From assembly GCA_043776335.1 (NCBI GenBank), contig JAYVRL010000011.1, forward strand, positions 23,643 to 87,642: DNA of 64,000 bases, in the 5' to 3' direction. Position numbers and translations under genes: made by a program. Of the stretch, positions 26,863 to 35,948 are shown piece by piece. The first letter of the stretch is position 1. Each line of letters starts with the position of its first letter. The notes beneath the pieces were generated by a model. The model searched no databases. It had not been told where the DNA came from and was given only the letters and a program-made list of their open reading frames with translations. The stretch comes from Candidatus Peribacteria bacterium. Lineage in GTDB: Bacteria; Patescibacteriota; Gracilibacteria; Peribacterales; Peribacteraceae.

Positions 26863-29800
26863 GTGAAAGCCTCCGACTTCGTTCATCTGCATTGCCACTC
26901 CACGTTCTCTCTTCTTGAGGCCGTGCCGACGCCCGAAGAGATCGTTTTGCGTGCCAAAGAGCTCGGCCAGAACGCCGTCGGAATCGCGGACAAGGGATAC
27001 ACGTACGGCCTGATCGAGTTTTACAAGGCGTGCAAAAGCCACGGTCTCAAAGCGATTCTCGGGCTTGAAACGTACGTCGCAGCCCGCACGCGTTTTGACA
27101 AAGAAAGTTCGTCCGACACGCGCAGATATCCGCTGGTGTTGCTTGCCGCGAACGAAGAGGGTTACCAAAATCTTCTCGAACTTGCGACGAAGGCCGCGCT
27201 CGAAGGAATGTATTACAAACCTCGCGTCGATGCCGAACTGTTGAAGCAGTACGGCAAGGGTTTGATCGCGCTTTCGGGTCCGATCAGCGGCTCCATTCCG
27301 CAGGCGGCGCTCGCCGAGGATTTCGACCGAGTGAAGACCATCACCGAGCAGTATCGATCGTTCTTCGGTTCGGAGAACGTGTATTTCGAACTGAACGAAT
27401 TGCCGAACGTGCCGGGACAATCCGAGGTCAATCAACAGTTGATTCGCTGCGCGAAAGAATTGAGCGTGCCGCTCGTGGCGACCTGCAACAGTCACTATTG
27501 CCGCACCGAAGACGCCGAGGCGCATGACGTCTTGCTCTGCATCCAGAAGAACGCCAACGTCGGCGATACGGGAAGATTTTCGATGATGAGCAGCGACTTT
27601 TCAATGCGTCCGTTCGAAGAAATGGAGAAAGCATTCGCGCATGTCCCCGAGGCCCTCGAGAACACGCGCGTCATCGCCGATCGATGCAATCTGAAGATTC
27701 CGTTCGGCGATTATAAAATCCCGAGTTTTCCCGTGCGACAAGGTGAAACGGAAGAATCGCTGTTGAACGAGCTCTGCGAAGTCGGCCTGAAGCGGCGTTA
27801 TGCGCACATCATCGCCAAGGCTCCGGAGCGCGAAAAAGAAATTCGCGATCGTCTCGTGTACGAGCTCGGCGTCATCAAGAACATGGGGTTCTCCGGTTAC
27901 TTTCTCATCGTCGCCGACTTCATTTCCGAAGCGAAAAAACGCGGCATCACGGTCGGCCCCGGTCGAGGCTCCGCGGCCGGCTCCATCGTGAGTTACGTGC
28001 TTGATATCACGACGCTCGATCCGCTGGAACACGGCTTGCTCTTCGAAAGGTTCTTGAATCCGGAACGCATCTCTATGCCCGATATCGACATCGACTTCGC
28101 CGATACGCGCAGAGACGAAGTGCTCGAATACGTCCGCGGCAAATACGGCGCGGATCGCGTGATTCAAATTTGCACGTTCGGAACGCTCGCCGCCAGAGCC
28201 GCCGTGAAAGACGTCGGCCGCGCGTTCGGCGTCTCGTTCGCCGAGATGAACGCGCTCGCGAAGCTGATCTCCGATCGTCCCGGCACGGAGCTGGCCGAAG
28301 CGATGGAAACCGACGAGTTGAAAGACGTCGTCGCGACGAACGAGACGTATCGCAAGATCATCGACGTTGCGCTGAAACTCGAAGGCAAAGCTCGACACGT
28401 CTCCGTGCATGCGTGCGGTGTCGTCATCACACCAGAGCCGGCAGTGAAATACACCGCTTTGCAGCGCGCGCCGAAAGACGAAAACACCATTATCACGCAG
28501 TACGATGCCAAGCCTTTGGAATCGTTGGGACTCCTGAAAATGGACTTCCTCGGCCTCAAAAACCTCACGATCATCCAGACGGCGCTTTTGATCATCGAGC
28601 GCATGCATGACGTGAAGATCGACATCGCCACGATCTCGACCGATGACAAGAAAACATTCGAGCTCCTCGCGCGCGGGGAGACGACGGGCGTCTTTCAGCT
28701 CGAGTCCGCGGGCATGCGCAGATACTTGAAGCAGCTGAAGCCGACGGTCGTGGATGACATCACGGCCATGGTGTCTCTGTACCGTCCGGGTCCGATGGAC
28801 AAAATCCCCGATTACATCAAATGCAAACACGGCGAGAAAGAAGTGACGTACTTGCACCCCGATCTCGAGCCGATCCTGAAGCCGACGTACGGCGTCGGCA
28901 TTTATCAGGAGCAGATTTTGGAAATGGCCAAAGTCTTCGCGGGATTCTCGCTCGGCGAAGCGGATTTGCTTCGTCGCGCCATCGGCAAGAAGATCAAGAA
29001 AGAGCTGGATGCGCAGCGTGAGAAATTCATCAAAGACGCGATGGCTCGCGGGTACACGCAGAAGCTCGTGTCCACGCTGTTCGACGACGTCATCACCCCG
29101 TTTGCAGGCTACGGCTTCAACAAATCGCACGGCGCGTGTTACGCGCGCATCGCGTACGAAACCGCGTATTTGAAGGCGCATTACCCGACGGAATTCATGG
29201 CCGCGCTGCTCAGCAGCGAGAATGGCGACACGGACCGCATCTCCATCGAAATCGAAGAGGCGCGTGCGATGGGACTCGATGTGCTGCCGCCGGATATCAA
29301 CGAATCGCTCGCGCACTTCACGGCTCTGCCGAGCGGCAAGATCCGTTTCGGATTGCTCGGGATCAAAGGAGTCGGTGAGAGCTCCATCCGTCAGATTCTC
29401 GCGATTCGCGACGGTGAGGACGGCAAAGATCGCATGCCGTTCGCGTCGATCGAAGATCTGGCCACTCGCGTGCCGAGCAAACTTCTGAACAAGAAATTGT
29501 TGGAGTCCCTCGCGAAAGCCGGTGCGTTCGATTCGCTCGGAGAACGGGCGATGCTCGTGAGTCAGTACGACAAAGTCGCGGAATTCAGCAAATCCACGGG
29601 CGATGCGGGCCTTTCGCAGACGGGGATGTTCGAATCGCTCGGTGCCCAGAGTGACGGCGCGGCGCTGGCATTCGACAGAGTCGAGCCCGCCACCGCGTAT
29701 CAGAAGCTCCGGTGGGAGAAGGAAACGCTCGGGCTCTACGTTTCCAGTCATCCGCTCGCGGGCCTCAAGAAGTACATCAGCAAGAAAGCCCGTCTCATCG

Positions 29801-30636
29801 ACACGCTGTCGGGCGACGATCTCAATCGCAAAGTGACGGTCGCGGGCATCCTCGAGCAGACCAAGCTCATCCACACGAAAAAGGGCGACACGATGGCGAT
29901 CGTCACGATCGAAGATCCGACCGGCCGCATGGAGGTCACGTTGTTCCCCCGCACGTATGCGCAGTGCAAGGAAATCCTCGAGAAGCCCGATTCCATTTTC
30001 GTGTTCGCAGGGACGCTCGACATGCGCATGGGCGCTCCGCAGTTGAAAGCCGAGGCCGTGAAACGCGTTTCACTTGAGGTGATGGTGCAACATGCGAAGG
30101 ATGAGAACATGTTCAATGAAGAAGAGGCGAAGCATTGGAGCGCCGCGGGCAGACGCAAAACGGAAGAAGAAACGGTCGAGCTTGGCACGGATGAAGATGT
30201 GCTTGCACCCACATCCCCCGTTGAGGTGCTTGTGACGCCCACGGACAGTGTCGCGGGCCCGCTTACCGCGTGGATTCGTGAGGGGATGCCGACGGCAGAA
30301 CCTCTCAAGAAAGTCGGGCTTTCGGGATACTTGATCCGCGAAGCGGATAGTGGCGAACCGATAGCGGAGAACGCAATGGTAGAGAGAGAAGAGACAGACG
30401 TGTCTACCCGCTCACCGCTCACCGCTACACGCTCGATTTCCATCCACACCGTGACGCTCCCAGCCCGTGCGCCGAAACAACTTCTTCTCGATGTGAAATC
30501 GATCTTCGAAACGTTCCCGGGAACTGAAAAAGTGCAGCTCCGGATCGGCGAAAAAACGGTGCCTGTCGGCTTGACGATCGCGATGTCACCGCTTCTTGAA
30601 AAGCGGTTGGAAGAGGCCCTCAAGCGTCACGCATAG
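26863..30636 (+). CDS. dnaE: DNA polymerase III alpha subunit
   Basis: PHP domain FVHLHCHSTFSLLE, GPGRGSAAGS, MPDIDIDF, LLKMDFLGLKNL, FNKSHGACYA and an OB-fold region. GTG start. The C-terminal tail carries repeat copy B. Confidence 0.95.
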   Translation: MKASDFVHLHCHSTFSLLEAVPTPEEIVLRAKELGQNAVGIADKGYTYGLIEFYKACKSHGLKAILGLETYVAARTRFDKESSSDTRRYPLVLLAANEEGYQNLLELATKAALEGMYYKPRVDAELLKQYGKGLIALSGPISGSIPQAALAEDFDRVKTITEQYRSFFGSENVYFELNELPNVPGQSEVNQQLIRCAKELSVPLVATCNSHYCRTEDAEAHDVLLCIQKNANVGDTGRFSMMSSDFSMRPFEEMEKAFAHVPEALENTRVIADRCNLKIPFGDYKIPSFPVRQGETEESLLNELCEVGLKRRYAHIIAKAPEREKEIRDRLVYELGVIKNMGFSGYFLIVADFISEAKKRGITVGPGRGSAAGSIVSYVLDITTLDPLEHGLLFERFLNPERISMPDIDIDFADTRRDEVLEYVRGKYGADRVIQICTFGTLAARAAVKDVGRAFGVSFAEMNALAKLISDRPGTELAEAMETDELKDVVATNETYRKIIDVALKLEGKARHVSVHACGVVITPEPAVKYTALQRAPKDENTIITQYDAKPLESLGLLKMDFLGLKNLTIIQTALLIIERMHDVKIDIATISTDDKKTFELLARGETTGVFQLESAGMRRYLKQLKPTVVDDITAMVSLYRPGPMDKIPDYIKCKHGEKEVTYLHPDLEPILKPTYGVGIYQEQILEMAKVFAGFSLGEADLLRRAIGKKIKKELDAQREKFIKDAMARGYTQKLVSTLFDDVITPFAGYGFNKSHGACYARIAYETAYLKAHYPTEFMAALLSSENGDTDRISIEIEEARAMGLDVLPPDINESLAHFTALPSGKIRFGLLGIKGVGESSIRQILAIRDGEDGKDRMPFASIEDLATRVPSKLLNKKLLESLAKAGAFDSLGERAMLVSQYDKVAEFSKSTGDAGLSQTGMFESLGAQSDGAALAFDRVEPATAYQKLRWEKETLGLYVSSHPLAGLKKYISKKARLIDTLSGDDLNRKVTVAGILEQTKLIHTKKGDTMAIVTIEDPTGRMEVTLFPRTYAQCKEILEKPDSIFVFAGTLDMRMGAPQLKAEAVKRVSLEVMVQHAKDENMFNEEEAKHWSAAGRRKTEEETVELGTDEDVLAPTSPVEVLVTPTDSVAGPLTAWIREGMPTAEPLKKVGLSGYLIREADSGEPIAENAMVEREETDVSTRSPLTATRSISIHTVTLPARAPKQLLLDVKSIFETFPGTEKVQLRIGEKTVPVGLTIAMSPLLEKRLEEALKRHA
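30342..30433. repeat. Inverted heptamer-array element, copy B (inside dnaE)
   Basis: Left arm agcggat|agtggcg|aaccgat|agcggag. Right arm ctacccg|ctcaccg|ctcaccg|ctacacg (30404-30431), in 7-nt phase. Translated in frame as ...EADSGEPIAENAMVEREETDVSTRSPLTATRS... Confidence 0.65.
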
Positions 30637-30640
30637 GTCT

Positions 30641-31252
30641 ATGCAGATTCATCGATCGCCATCGGATGCCATGAGAATCGCTCTTGAGGTGATCGAGCGC
30701 GGCGGCTCGGTTGTGCATGCCACCGAGACGTGTTACGGCATCACGTGTGATCTTGCGAACAGTGAGGCCGTTGCGCATCTCTTCCGCGTGAAAAATCGCC
30801 CCGTCGATCAGCCGGTGAGCGTTCTTTTTTCGTCGCTTGCGCATGCGATGGAGTACGGCGAGTTCAGTGCTGAGGCGCTCAGACTCGCGACCTTGCATTT
30901 CCCCGGTCCGCTCACGATCGTGGTGCCCGTGCATTCCGCGGCTCCGCGGCCGATCTTCGTCACGGGTGACGGCAAGACGCCTGCGATGATCGGTGTCCGC
31001 ATTTCATCGCATCCGACCGCGATCGCGCTGGCGAAAGGAGCGGATACGCCGATCGCCACGACGTCGGCGAATCTTCATGGCAAATCAAACCCTTATTCAT
31101 TGTCCGACATCGAGCAGCAGTGGCAGTCGCACACGCCGAAGCCGGATTTATTCATTGATGATGGCGTGTTGCCCGAGGTCAGCCCTTCGACCGTCGTGCA
31201 GGTCGTCGGCAACGCCGTTCGCGTTCTGCGGCAAGGAGACATCGTCGTGTGA
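30641..31252 (+). CDS. tsaC: L-threonylcarbamoyladenylate synthase (YrdC/TsaC family)
   Basis: VVHATETCYGITCDLANSEAVAHLFRVKNRPVDQPVSVL and TTSANLHG motifs. Confidence 0.85.
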   Translation: MQIHRSPSDAMRIALEVIERGGSVVHATETCYGITCDLANSEAVAHLFRVKNRPVDQPVSVLFSSLAHAMEYGEFSAEALRLATLHFPGPLTIVVPVHSAAPRPIFVTGDGKTPAMIGVRISSHPTAIALAKGADTPIATTSANLHGKSNPYSLSDIEQQWQSHTPKPDLFIDDGVLPEVSPSTVVQVVGNAVRVLRQGDIVV

Positions 31253-31735
31253 CACCCTGAGATTTTCTTGAGCCCGCCGATGCATGCTTTCGAGCACGCC
31301 GTTCGTTTTCTGCCGCATTTCCAATTTCAGATTGCCCAGTCTCAAATCGAAATTTTCCCGTGTCAAATCGTCATTTTTTCGGAGCACGGTGTTGATCCCC
31401 TTTCCGAGCATTTGATTTTCCTCTTCGGTTTCCGCGGCGCCGTTCCACTGAACGTAATTGCCCGTGAGGCTGACGCCGACTGCGGCGACGAGCACATAGA
31501 CGAGGCGGCGCATGGTGCGCAATTTCGTTGAGGGACTTTGTATCCGCTCACCCTGATTGCTTTGCTGCTGCCTGTTTTCATCCGCTTCGCATTCTTTCAG
31601 TACCTCCATGAGCGGACGGCCCACGTTGCTTGGCTTATTCAGGCGGTGCAGCTCTGTCGGAGGATTCCTTCCGTATCCGGGGAAGCCCATTTCCTCGAGC
31701 CGATTGCGACGGATATCTTCTCCTCTTGAGGTCAT
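31148..31735 (-). CDS. Hypothetical protein with one TM segment
   Basis: TACCAT (31744-31749) lies 8 nt upstream of the ATG. TM segment LVYVLVAAVGVSLTG. GC3-rich. The last roughly 35 codons overlap the tsaC 3' end convergently. Confidence 0.5.
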   Translation of the reverse strand: MTSRGEDIRRNRLEEMGFPGYGRNPPTELHRLNKPSNVGRPLMEVLKECEADENRQQQSNQGERIQSPSTKLRTMRRLVYVLVAAVGVSLTGNYVQWNGAAETEEENQMLGKGINTVLRKNDDLTRENFDLRLGNLKLEMRQKTNGVLESMHRRAQENLRVSHDDVSLPQNANGVADDLHDGRRADLGQHAIINE

Positions 31736-31839
31736 AGTTTTTCATGGTAACGAAAACCGTCATGAAGTAAACATTCCCAGCCAAGTAGGGCTCGGGAAGC
31801 CGCATTTCACCTCAGTTTGAATGCCTGTAGGATGTCGCC

Positions 31840-32286
31840 ATGCGTTGCCCCCGTTGCAAGAACGACGACACGGCCGTGATCGATTCGCGTCTCACCGAAG
31901 AGGGTCGTGCCATCCGTCGCCGCCGCGAATGCGCGAAGTGCGAACACCGCTTCACCACGTTCGAGCGTCAGGAGTTGGCGTCACTCATCGTCGTGAAACG
32001 TGACGGCACGCGTGAGCCGTACAGCCGCACCAAACTCGAGCGCGGCATCTGGTTGGCATGCACGAAGCGTCCGATTTCCCAAAAGCAGATCGATCGCATG
32101 CTCTCGGATCTCGAAGAAAAATGGGGCAAGAACAAAGAAGAAGTGGAGAGCACGACGATCGGCGGCGACGTGATGAACGCCCTCGCGAAGCTCGACAAAG
32201 TCGCTTACATCCGTTTCGCGTCCGTGCATCGCGAGTTCAAAGACGTCGCGGAGTTCAAAGAAGAGCTCGGCAGGCTTTTTAAATAG
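31840..32286 (+). CDS. nrdR: Transcriptional repressor NrdR
   Basis: Zinc ribbon MRCPRCKNDDTAVIDSR...ECAKCEHRFTTFE plus an ATP-cone (VVKRDGTREPYSRTKL). Confidence 0.93.
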   Translation: MRCPRCKNDDTAVIDSRLTEEGRAIRRRRECAKCEHRFTTFERQELASLIVVKRDGTREPYSRTKLERGIWLACTKRPISQKQIDRMLSDLEEKWGKNKEEVESTTIGGDVMNALAKLDKVAYIRFASVHREFKDVAEFKEELGRLFK

Positions 32287-32385
32287 CAGCGAGCGTGTAG
32301 CAAGTAGCGGATCGTTTGTCGGTGCGGCTTTTCACTCGTTGCTAGTTTCTACCCTCTACCTTCTAACCGCTACCTGCTACCCGCT
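32284..32385. repeat. Inverted heptamer-array element, copy C
   Basis: Left arm tagcagc|gagcgtg|tagcaag|tagcgga. Right arm ctaccct|ctacctt|ctaaccg|ctacctg|ctacccg (32349-32383). Lies between the nrdR stop and the aspS promoter. Confidence 0.7.
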
Positions 32386-32392
32386 TCTTCGG

Positions 32393-32398
32393 TATACT
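32393..32398 (+). promoter_or_regulatory. -10 TATACT 6 nt upstream of the aspS ATG
   Basis: cggTATACTccccgcATG. No SD is present. Confidence 0.5.
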
Positions 32399-32404
32399 CC
32401 CCGC

Positions 32405-34168
32405 ATGCTTCGTACCCACACCTGCGGCGAACTGACGACCAAGAACGTCGACGGCACCGTCACGCTCTGCGGTTGGGTCAACACGCGACGCGATCACGGC
32501 GGGCTGATCTTCATCGATCTCCGAGACCGATACGGCCTGACGCAGATCGTGTTTCACCCCGAGCAAGCTGCGGAGGTTTTCAAGCTCGGTGAGACCGTGC
32601 GCCCCGAGTGGGTGCTCAGGATCACGGGTACGGTGTCGAAGCGCCTCGAAGGGACGGAGAACGCCAAGATGCCGACGGGACAGATCGAGATCGTCGCGAC
32701 GAAACTGGAAGTTCTCAGCCGCGCCAAAACGCCGCCGTTCGAGATCGACTCCGAGAAAACGGTGAACGAAGAATTGCGTCTGCAGTATCGCTACCTCGAC
32801 ATGCGTCGCGCCCAGATGCAGCGCAACATCGCGCTCCGATCTCGCGTTTTTCAGATCATTCGCAAGTACTTCACCGATCAGAATTGTCTCGAGATCGATA
32901 CGCCGTGTCTGATCAAAGGCACGCCCGAAGGCGCGCGAGAATACATCGTCCCGTCGCGCGTGTATCCCGGCAACTTCTTCGTGTTGCCGCAGAGTCCGCA
33001 GCAGCTGAAGCAGCTGTGCATGGTCGGCGGTCTCGACAAATATTTTCAGATCGCCAGATGTTTCCGCGATGAAGATCTGAGAGGCGACCGTCAGCCCGAG
33101 TTTTTGCAGCTCGACTTCGAGATGAGTTTTTGCGAACAGGCGGACGTGCAGGCGGTGATTCAGGGTTCCATCGAGCAGATCATTCGCGAGTGCAGCCCGA
33201 AGAAATTGAAGTGGGGCACAGTCGAGAGCTTCACGTGGCAGCACGTGATGGACACCTACGGCTCGGACAAACCGGATCTTCGTTTCGATCTGCCGATCAC
33301 CGATGTCTCGGATCTGTGCGCGGGGTGCGGCTTCAAAGTCTTCGAGGATGCGCTCGCCGCCAAAGGCGCTGTCAGAGCCCTGAGAGTCCCGGGAGGATCG
33401 GTGTTGGCACGGAGTGAGATCGACACGTGGACGGAGCTTGCCAAAGAGCTGAAGGCCAAAGGCCTCGCGTACATTCTCTTTAAAGAAGAGGGTCCGCAAT
33501 CGCCGCTCTTGAAATTCTTCAAGCCCGGCTTCCTCGAGAAGTTGATCGAAAAAACCGGAGCGCAAACTGGCGATGCGCTCTTCTTCGGCGCCGACAAAAT
33601 CAAGATCGTCTGCGCGTCCCTCGGCCGCATCCGCCTCGAAGCCGCCAAGCGGTTCAACCTCGTCGACACGTCCGTGCATGCACTCTTCTGGGTCACGAAT
33701 TTCCCGATGTTCGAGGAGAATGACGACGGCACGCTCACGTTCAGCCATCATCCGTTCACGAGTCCGAACATCGAAGAGTGGAAACATCGCAAAGAAAGCC
33801 CGCTCAAAGTGCATTCCGTCTGTTACGACCTCGTGCTCGACGGCTACGAGCTCGGTTCCGGTTCCATTCGTATTCATGATCCCGTGTTGCAATCCGAAGT
33901 CTTTGAAATGCTCGGCATCAACAAAGAAGATCAGCAGAAACGTTTCGGGCACATCCTGAGCGCGTTCGAATACGGCGCTCCCCCGCACGGCGGCTTCGCA
34001 TACGGCATCGATCGCGTCGTGATGATCCTCGCGGGCGAACCGAACATCCGCGAGGTCACGCCCTTCCCGAAAGATCAGAAAGCCAAAGATCTGATGCTCG
34101 GCGCTCCATCCCCCGTCCCGTCGCAACAGCTGAAAGAATTGCGCCTGGCGCTCGAAGATCTCGAGTAG
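32405..34168 (+). CDS. aspS: Aspartate--tRNA ligase
   Basis: N-terminal OB MLRTHTCGELT...GWV, class II motifs FRDEDLRGDRQPEF and GGFAYGIDRVVM. Confidence 0.95.
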   Translation: MLRTHTCGELTTKNVDGTVTLCGWVNTRRDHGGLIFIDLRDRYGLTQIVFHPEQAAEVFKLGETVRPEWVLRITGTVSKRLEGTENAKMPTGQIEIVATKLEVLSRAKTPPFEIDSEKTVNEELRLQYRYLDMRRAQMQRNIALRSRVFQIIRKYFTDQNCLEIDTPCLIKGTPEGAREYIVPSRVYPGNFFVLPQSPQQLKQLCMVGGLDKYFQIARCFRDEDLRGDRQPEFLQLDFEMSFCEQADVQAVIQGSIEQIIRECSPKKLKWGTVESFTWQHVMDTYGSDKPDLRFDLPITDVSDLCAGCGFKVFEDALAAKGAVRALRVPGGSVLARSEIDTWTELAKELKAKGLAYILFKEEGPQSPLLKFFKPGFLEKLIEKTGAQTGDALFFGADKIKIVCASLGRIRLEAAKRFNLVDTSVHALFWVTNFPMFEENDDGTLTFSHHPFTSPNIEEWKHRKESPLKVHSVCYDLVLDGYELGSGSIRIHDPVLQSEVFEMLGINKEDQQKRFGHILSAFEYGAPPHGGFAYGIDRVVMILAGEPNIREVTPFPKDQKAKDLMLGAPSPVPSQQLKELRLALEDLE

Positions 34169-34198
34169 TCGTTTTCCGCAGACGCAAGGGCTGAAGTG

Positions 34199-34207
34199 TG
34201 GTATACT
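34199..34207 (+). promoter_or_regulatory. Extended -10 (TGgTATACT) 6 nt upstream of ATG 34214
   Basis: gtgTGgTATACTggggagATG. Confidence 0.5.
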
Positions 34208-34213
34208 GGGGAG

Positions 34214-35203
34214 ATGCTTGATGAACCCATCACACCGCAGCCGGTCTCTCCGTCCGCTCCGCCAGAGCCCGAACACAACTACGTCGCCGATGTGGCCGCG
34301 ACTGTCGGTACGGGCGGCCCTTCGCGTATGGACGACATCTCGAATGCGGCGATGGCGGGACAGAAACGCGCCGAGAGAGAGGTGGCGATTCATCAAAAAC
34401 TCAAAGAGAAAAAGCTCGAAGAAGAGCGGAAATCCAAACAGCTTCTCGCGGAGGACAATCGCGCCAAAGCGGAGGGCAAGCAGAAGAAAAAAGGGTATCG
34501 GACGATGATCAAGACTCGCGAAAAAGCTCTGGCGGAGGACAAGGCGCGTCGTGAAAAAGAAGCGAAGGCCGCCGCGGAGGAACAGAAAGAGCGCGAGGCG
34601 AAGCGCAAGGAAGAGCAGGGATACATGAAAGAATTGCATGATGTCGCCGCATTGAAGCAGGGCATGAAAAACCGTGAAAACGCCGCCAAACGAAAGCAAG
34701 AATCCGAGCAGCATAAAGCCGAGGCCGAGCATCGACGCAAGATCGAGGACGCCAATCAGGCGGAGCGTGCGCGTTTCGATCAGATCGATCGCGAGGCGTA
34801 TGCGCAGAAGGCGGTGATTGACGGCGAAACGCGATCGAAGCTGTATCAGTTGGAGGCATCCGCGAGGTCGAAGCAACACGAACTCGAGTCGAACATGAAC
34901 AACGAACTTTCCATGGTTAAAATCGGCGCCCCTGCCGACGTGCAACGTTTGCAGGCCGATATTCAGGCTCGCATGCGCAATCAGAAGCGGTTTGCCTACA
35001 ACGAGGTCGCTGACAAGAACGCGGCCATCATGACCGAAGATCGTAGCAAGAAAGAATCGGTCCGCGTCGGGATTCAGCAGAAGCGAGGCGAGGCGACGAT
35101 CGCGAAACAGAACGCCATTCACGCCGCCGATCGTTGGCTAAGCAACCGCATGAACGACATTGATCGGACATTCCGCGAAGAAACGAGCGGTATCCATCAT
35201 TAA
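34214..35203 (+). CDS. K/E-rich coiled-coil hypothetical protein
   Basis: Long charged heptad-like stretches (KEKKLEEERKSKQLLAEDNRAKAEGKQKKK...). No family recognised. GTG 34196 is the alternative start. Confidence 0.6.
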   Translation: MLDEPITPQPVSPSAPPEPEHNYVADVAATVGTGGPSRMDDISNAAMAGQKRAEREVAIHQKLKEKKLEEERKSKQLLAEDNRAKAEGKQKKKGYRTMIKTREKALAEDKARREKEAKAAAEEQKEREAKRKEEQGYMKELHDVAALKQGMKNRENAAKRKQESEQHKAEAEHRRKIEDANQAERARFDQIDREAYAQKAVIDGETRSKLYQLEASARSKQHELESNMNNELSMVKIGAPADVQRLQADIQARMRNQKRFAYNEVADKNAAIMTEDRSKKESVRVGIQQKRGEATIAKQNAIHAADRWLSNRMNDIDRTFREETSGIHH

Positions 35204-35224
35204 CAAACGGTATCATCGGTCCGT

Positions 35225-35310
35225 GCCCAGGTGGCGAAATGGCAGACGCATCAGCCTTAGGAGCTGACGGGAGCAATCCCATGGAGGTTCAAGTCCTCTC
35301 CTGGGCACCA
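35225..35310 (+). tRNA. tRNA-Leu (anticodon TAG)
   Basis: GCCCAGGTGGCGAAATGGCAGACGCATCAGCCTTAGGAGCTGACGGGAGCAATCCCATGGAGGTTCAAGTCCTCTCCTGGGCACCA. It has a long variable arm, anticodon loop CT-TAG-GA and an encoded CCA. Confidence 0.9.
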
Positions 35311-35315
35311 AAGAT

Positions 35316-35948
35316 CTACGACTTGAACAGCAACATTTGCGTGCCGAACGTTCGCATGCGACGCGGCGGCATCTGCAGCGTGTCGGTGAATTCCTTGAGC
35401 GCCGTTTGCACGGCGGGAAAGTGATAATCGTGCATCACGATGACGCCGCCCGGCGACAGACGGTCCCAGAAGTAGAACAAACTGTCTTTCATCGATTGAT
35501 AGAGATCCACGTCCAGATGCACCAAACAAAATTTCGGGAATTCCTTGCCCGTGACGCTGGTCGGGAAAAATCCTTTGATGAGATGTACGTTGCAGTAGCG
35601 CGAGAGATACTTCGCCACTTGTTCCTCGGGCGCGGCGAACGCTTTTTCTTGCATGAGATTCGCGCCTGCGACCGACTGGTCCCGCTCAGTGTTGGCGGGC
35701 AATCCTTCGAACGTGTCGAAGCCGTAGAATTCTTTGGCACCTTTCGCTTCGCAGAGGATTTTCGAGCTCGCTCCGCGGAACGTCCCGACTTCTCCGATCG
35801 CTCCTTCGACGTCGCGCTGCATGCGGGAGAGCTCATAGAGTGCGAATGCCTCGGCGGGCTGGAGGAGACATTCTTGCTCTGCGTAGACCGAACGGAGGAA
35901 GGCGACGACGGTCGGATCTTGGTACATTTTGAGCATCAGAAATTGCAT
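35316..35948 (-). CDS. Class I SAM-dependent methyltransferase, TylF/MycF-like
   Basis: GEVGTFRGASS, FYGFDTFEGLP, LVHLDVDLYQS and GGVIVMHDY. Start chosen at ATG 35948 (TAATGT 5 nt upstream). Upstream alternatives run as far as TTG 36047. Confidence 0.72.
   Translation of the reverse strand: MQFLMLKMYQDPTVVAFLRSVYAEQECLLQPAEAFALYELSRMQRDVEGAIGEVGTFRGASSKILCEAKGAKEFYGFDTFEGLPANTERDQSVAGANLMQEKAFAAPEEQVAKYLSRYCNVHLIKGFFPTSVTGKEFPKFCLVHLDVDLYQSMKDSLFYFWDRLSPGGVIVMHDYHFPAVQTALKEFTDTLQMPPRRMRTFGTQMLLFKS

Noticed and set aside
31840-32286. NrdR boxes or an adjacent ribonucleotide reductase operon.
   Set aside because: No nrd genes are in the window, and I saw no palindromic NrdR-box pair near nrdR. 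Its targets must lie elsewhere.
32363-35122. A 919-aa minus-strand ORF spanning aspS and the following gene. Similar long antisense ORFs occur at 1434-3206, 12540-14048, 15832-17295, 21672-23402, 23399-24748, 27601-29874, 44315-45889 and 59635-60846.
   Set aside because: They lie antisense to genes with unmistakable homology motifs and have Arg/His/Asp-rich, low-complexity-like translations. They are the expected stop-codon-poor shadow frames of GC3-rich coding DNA.
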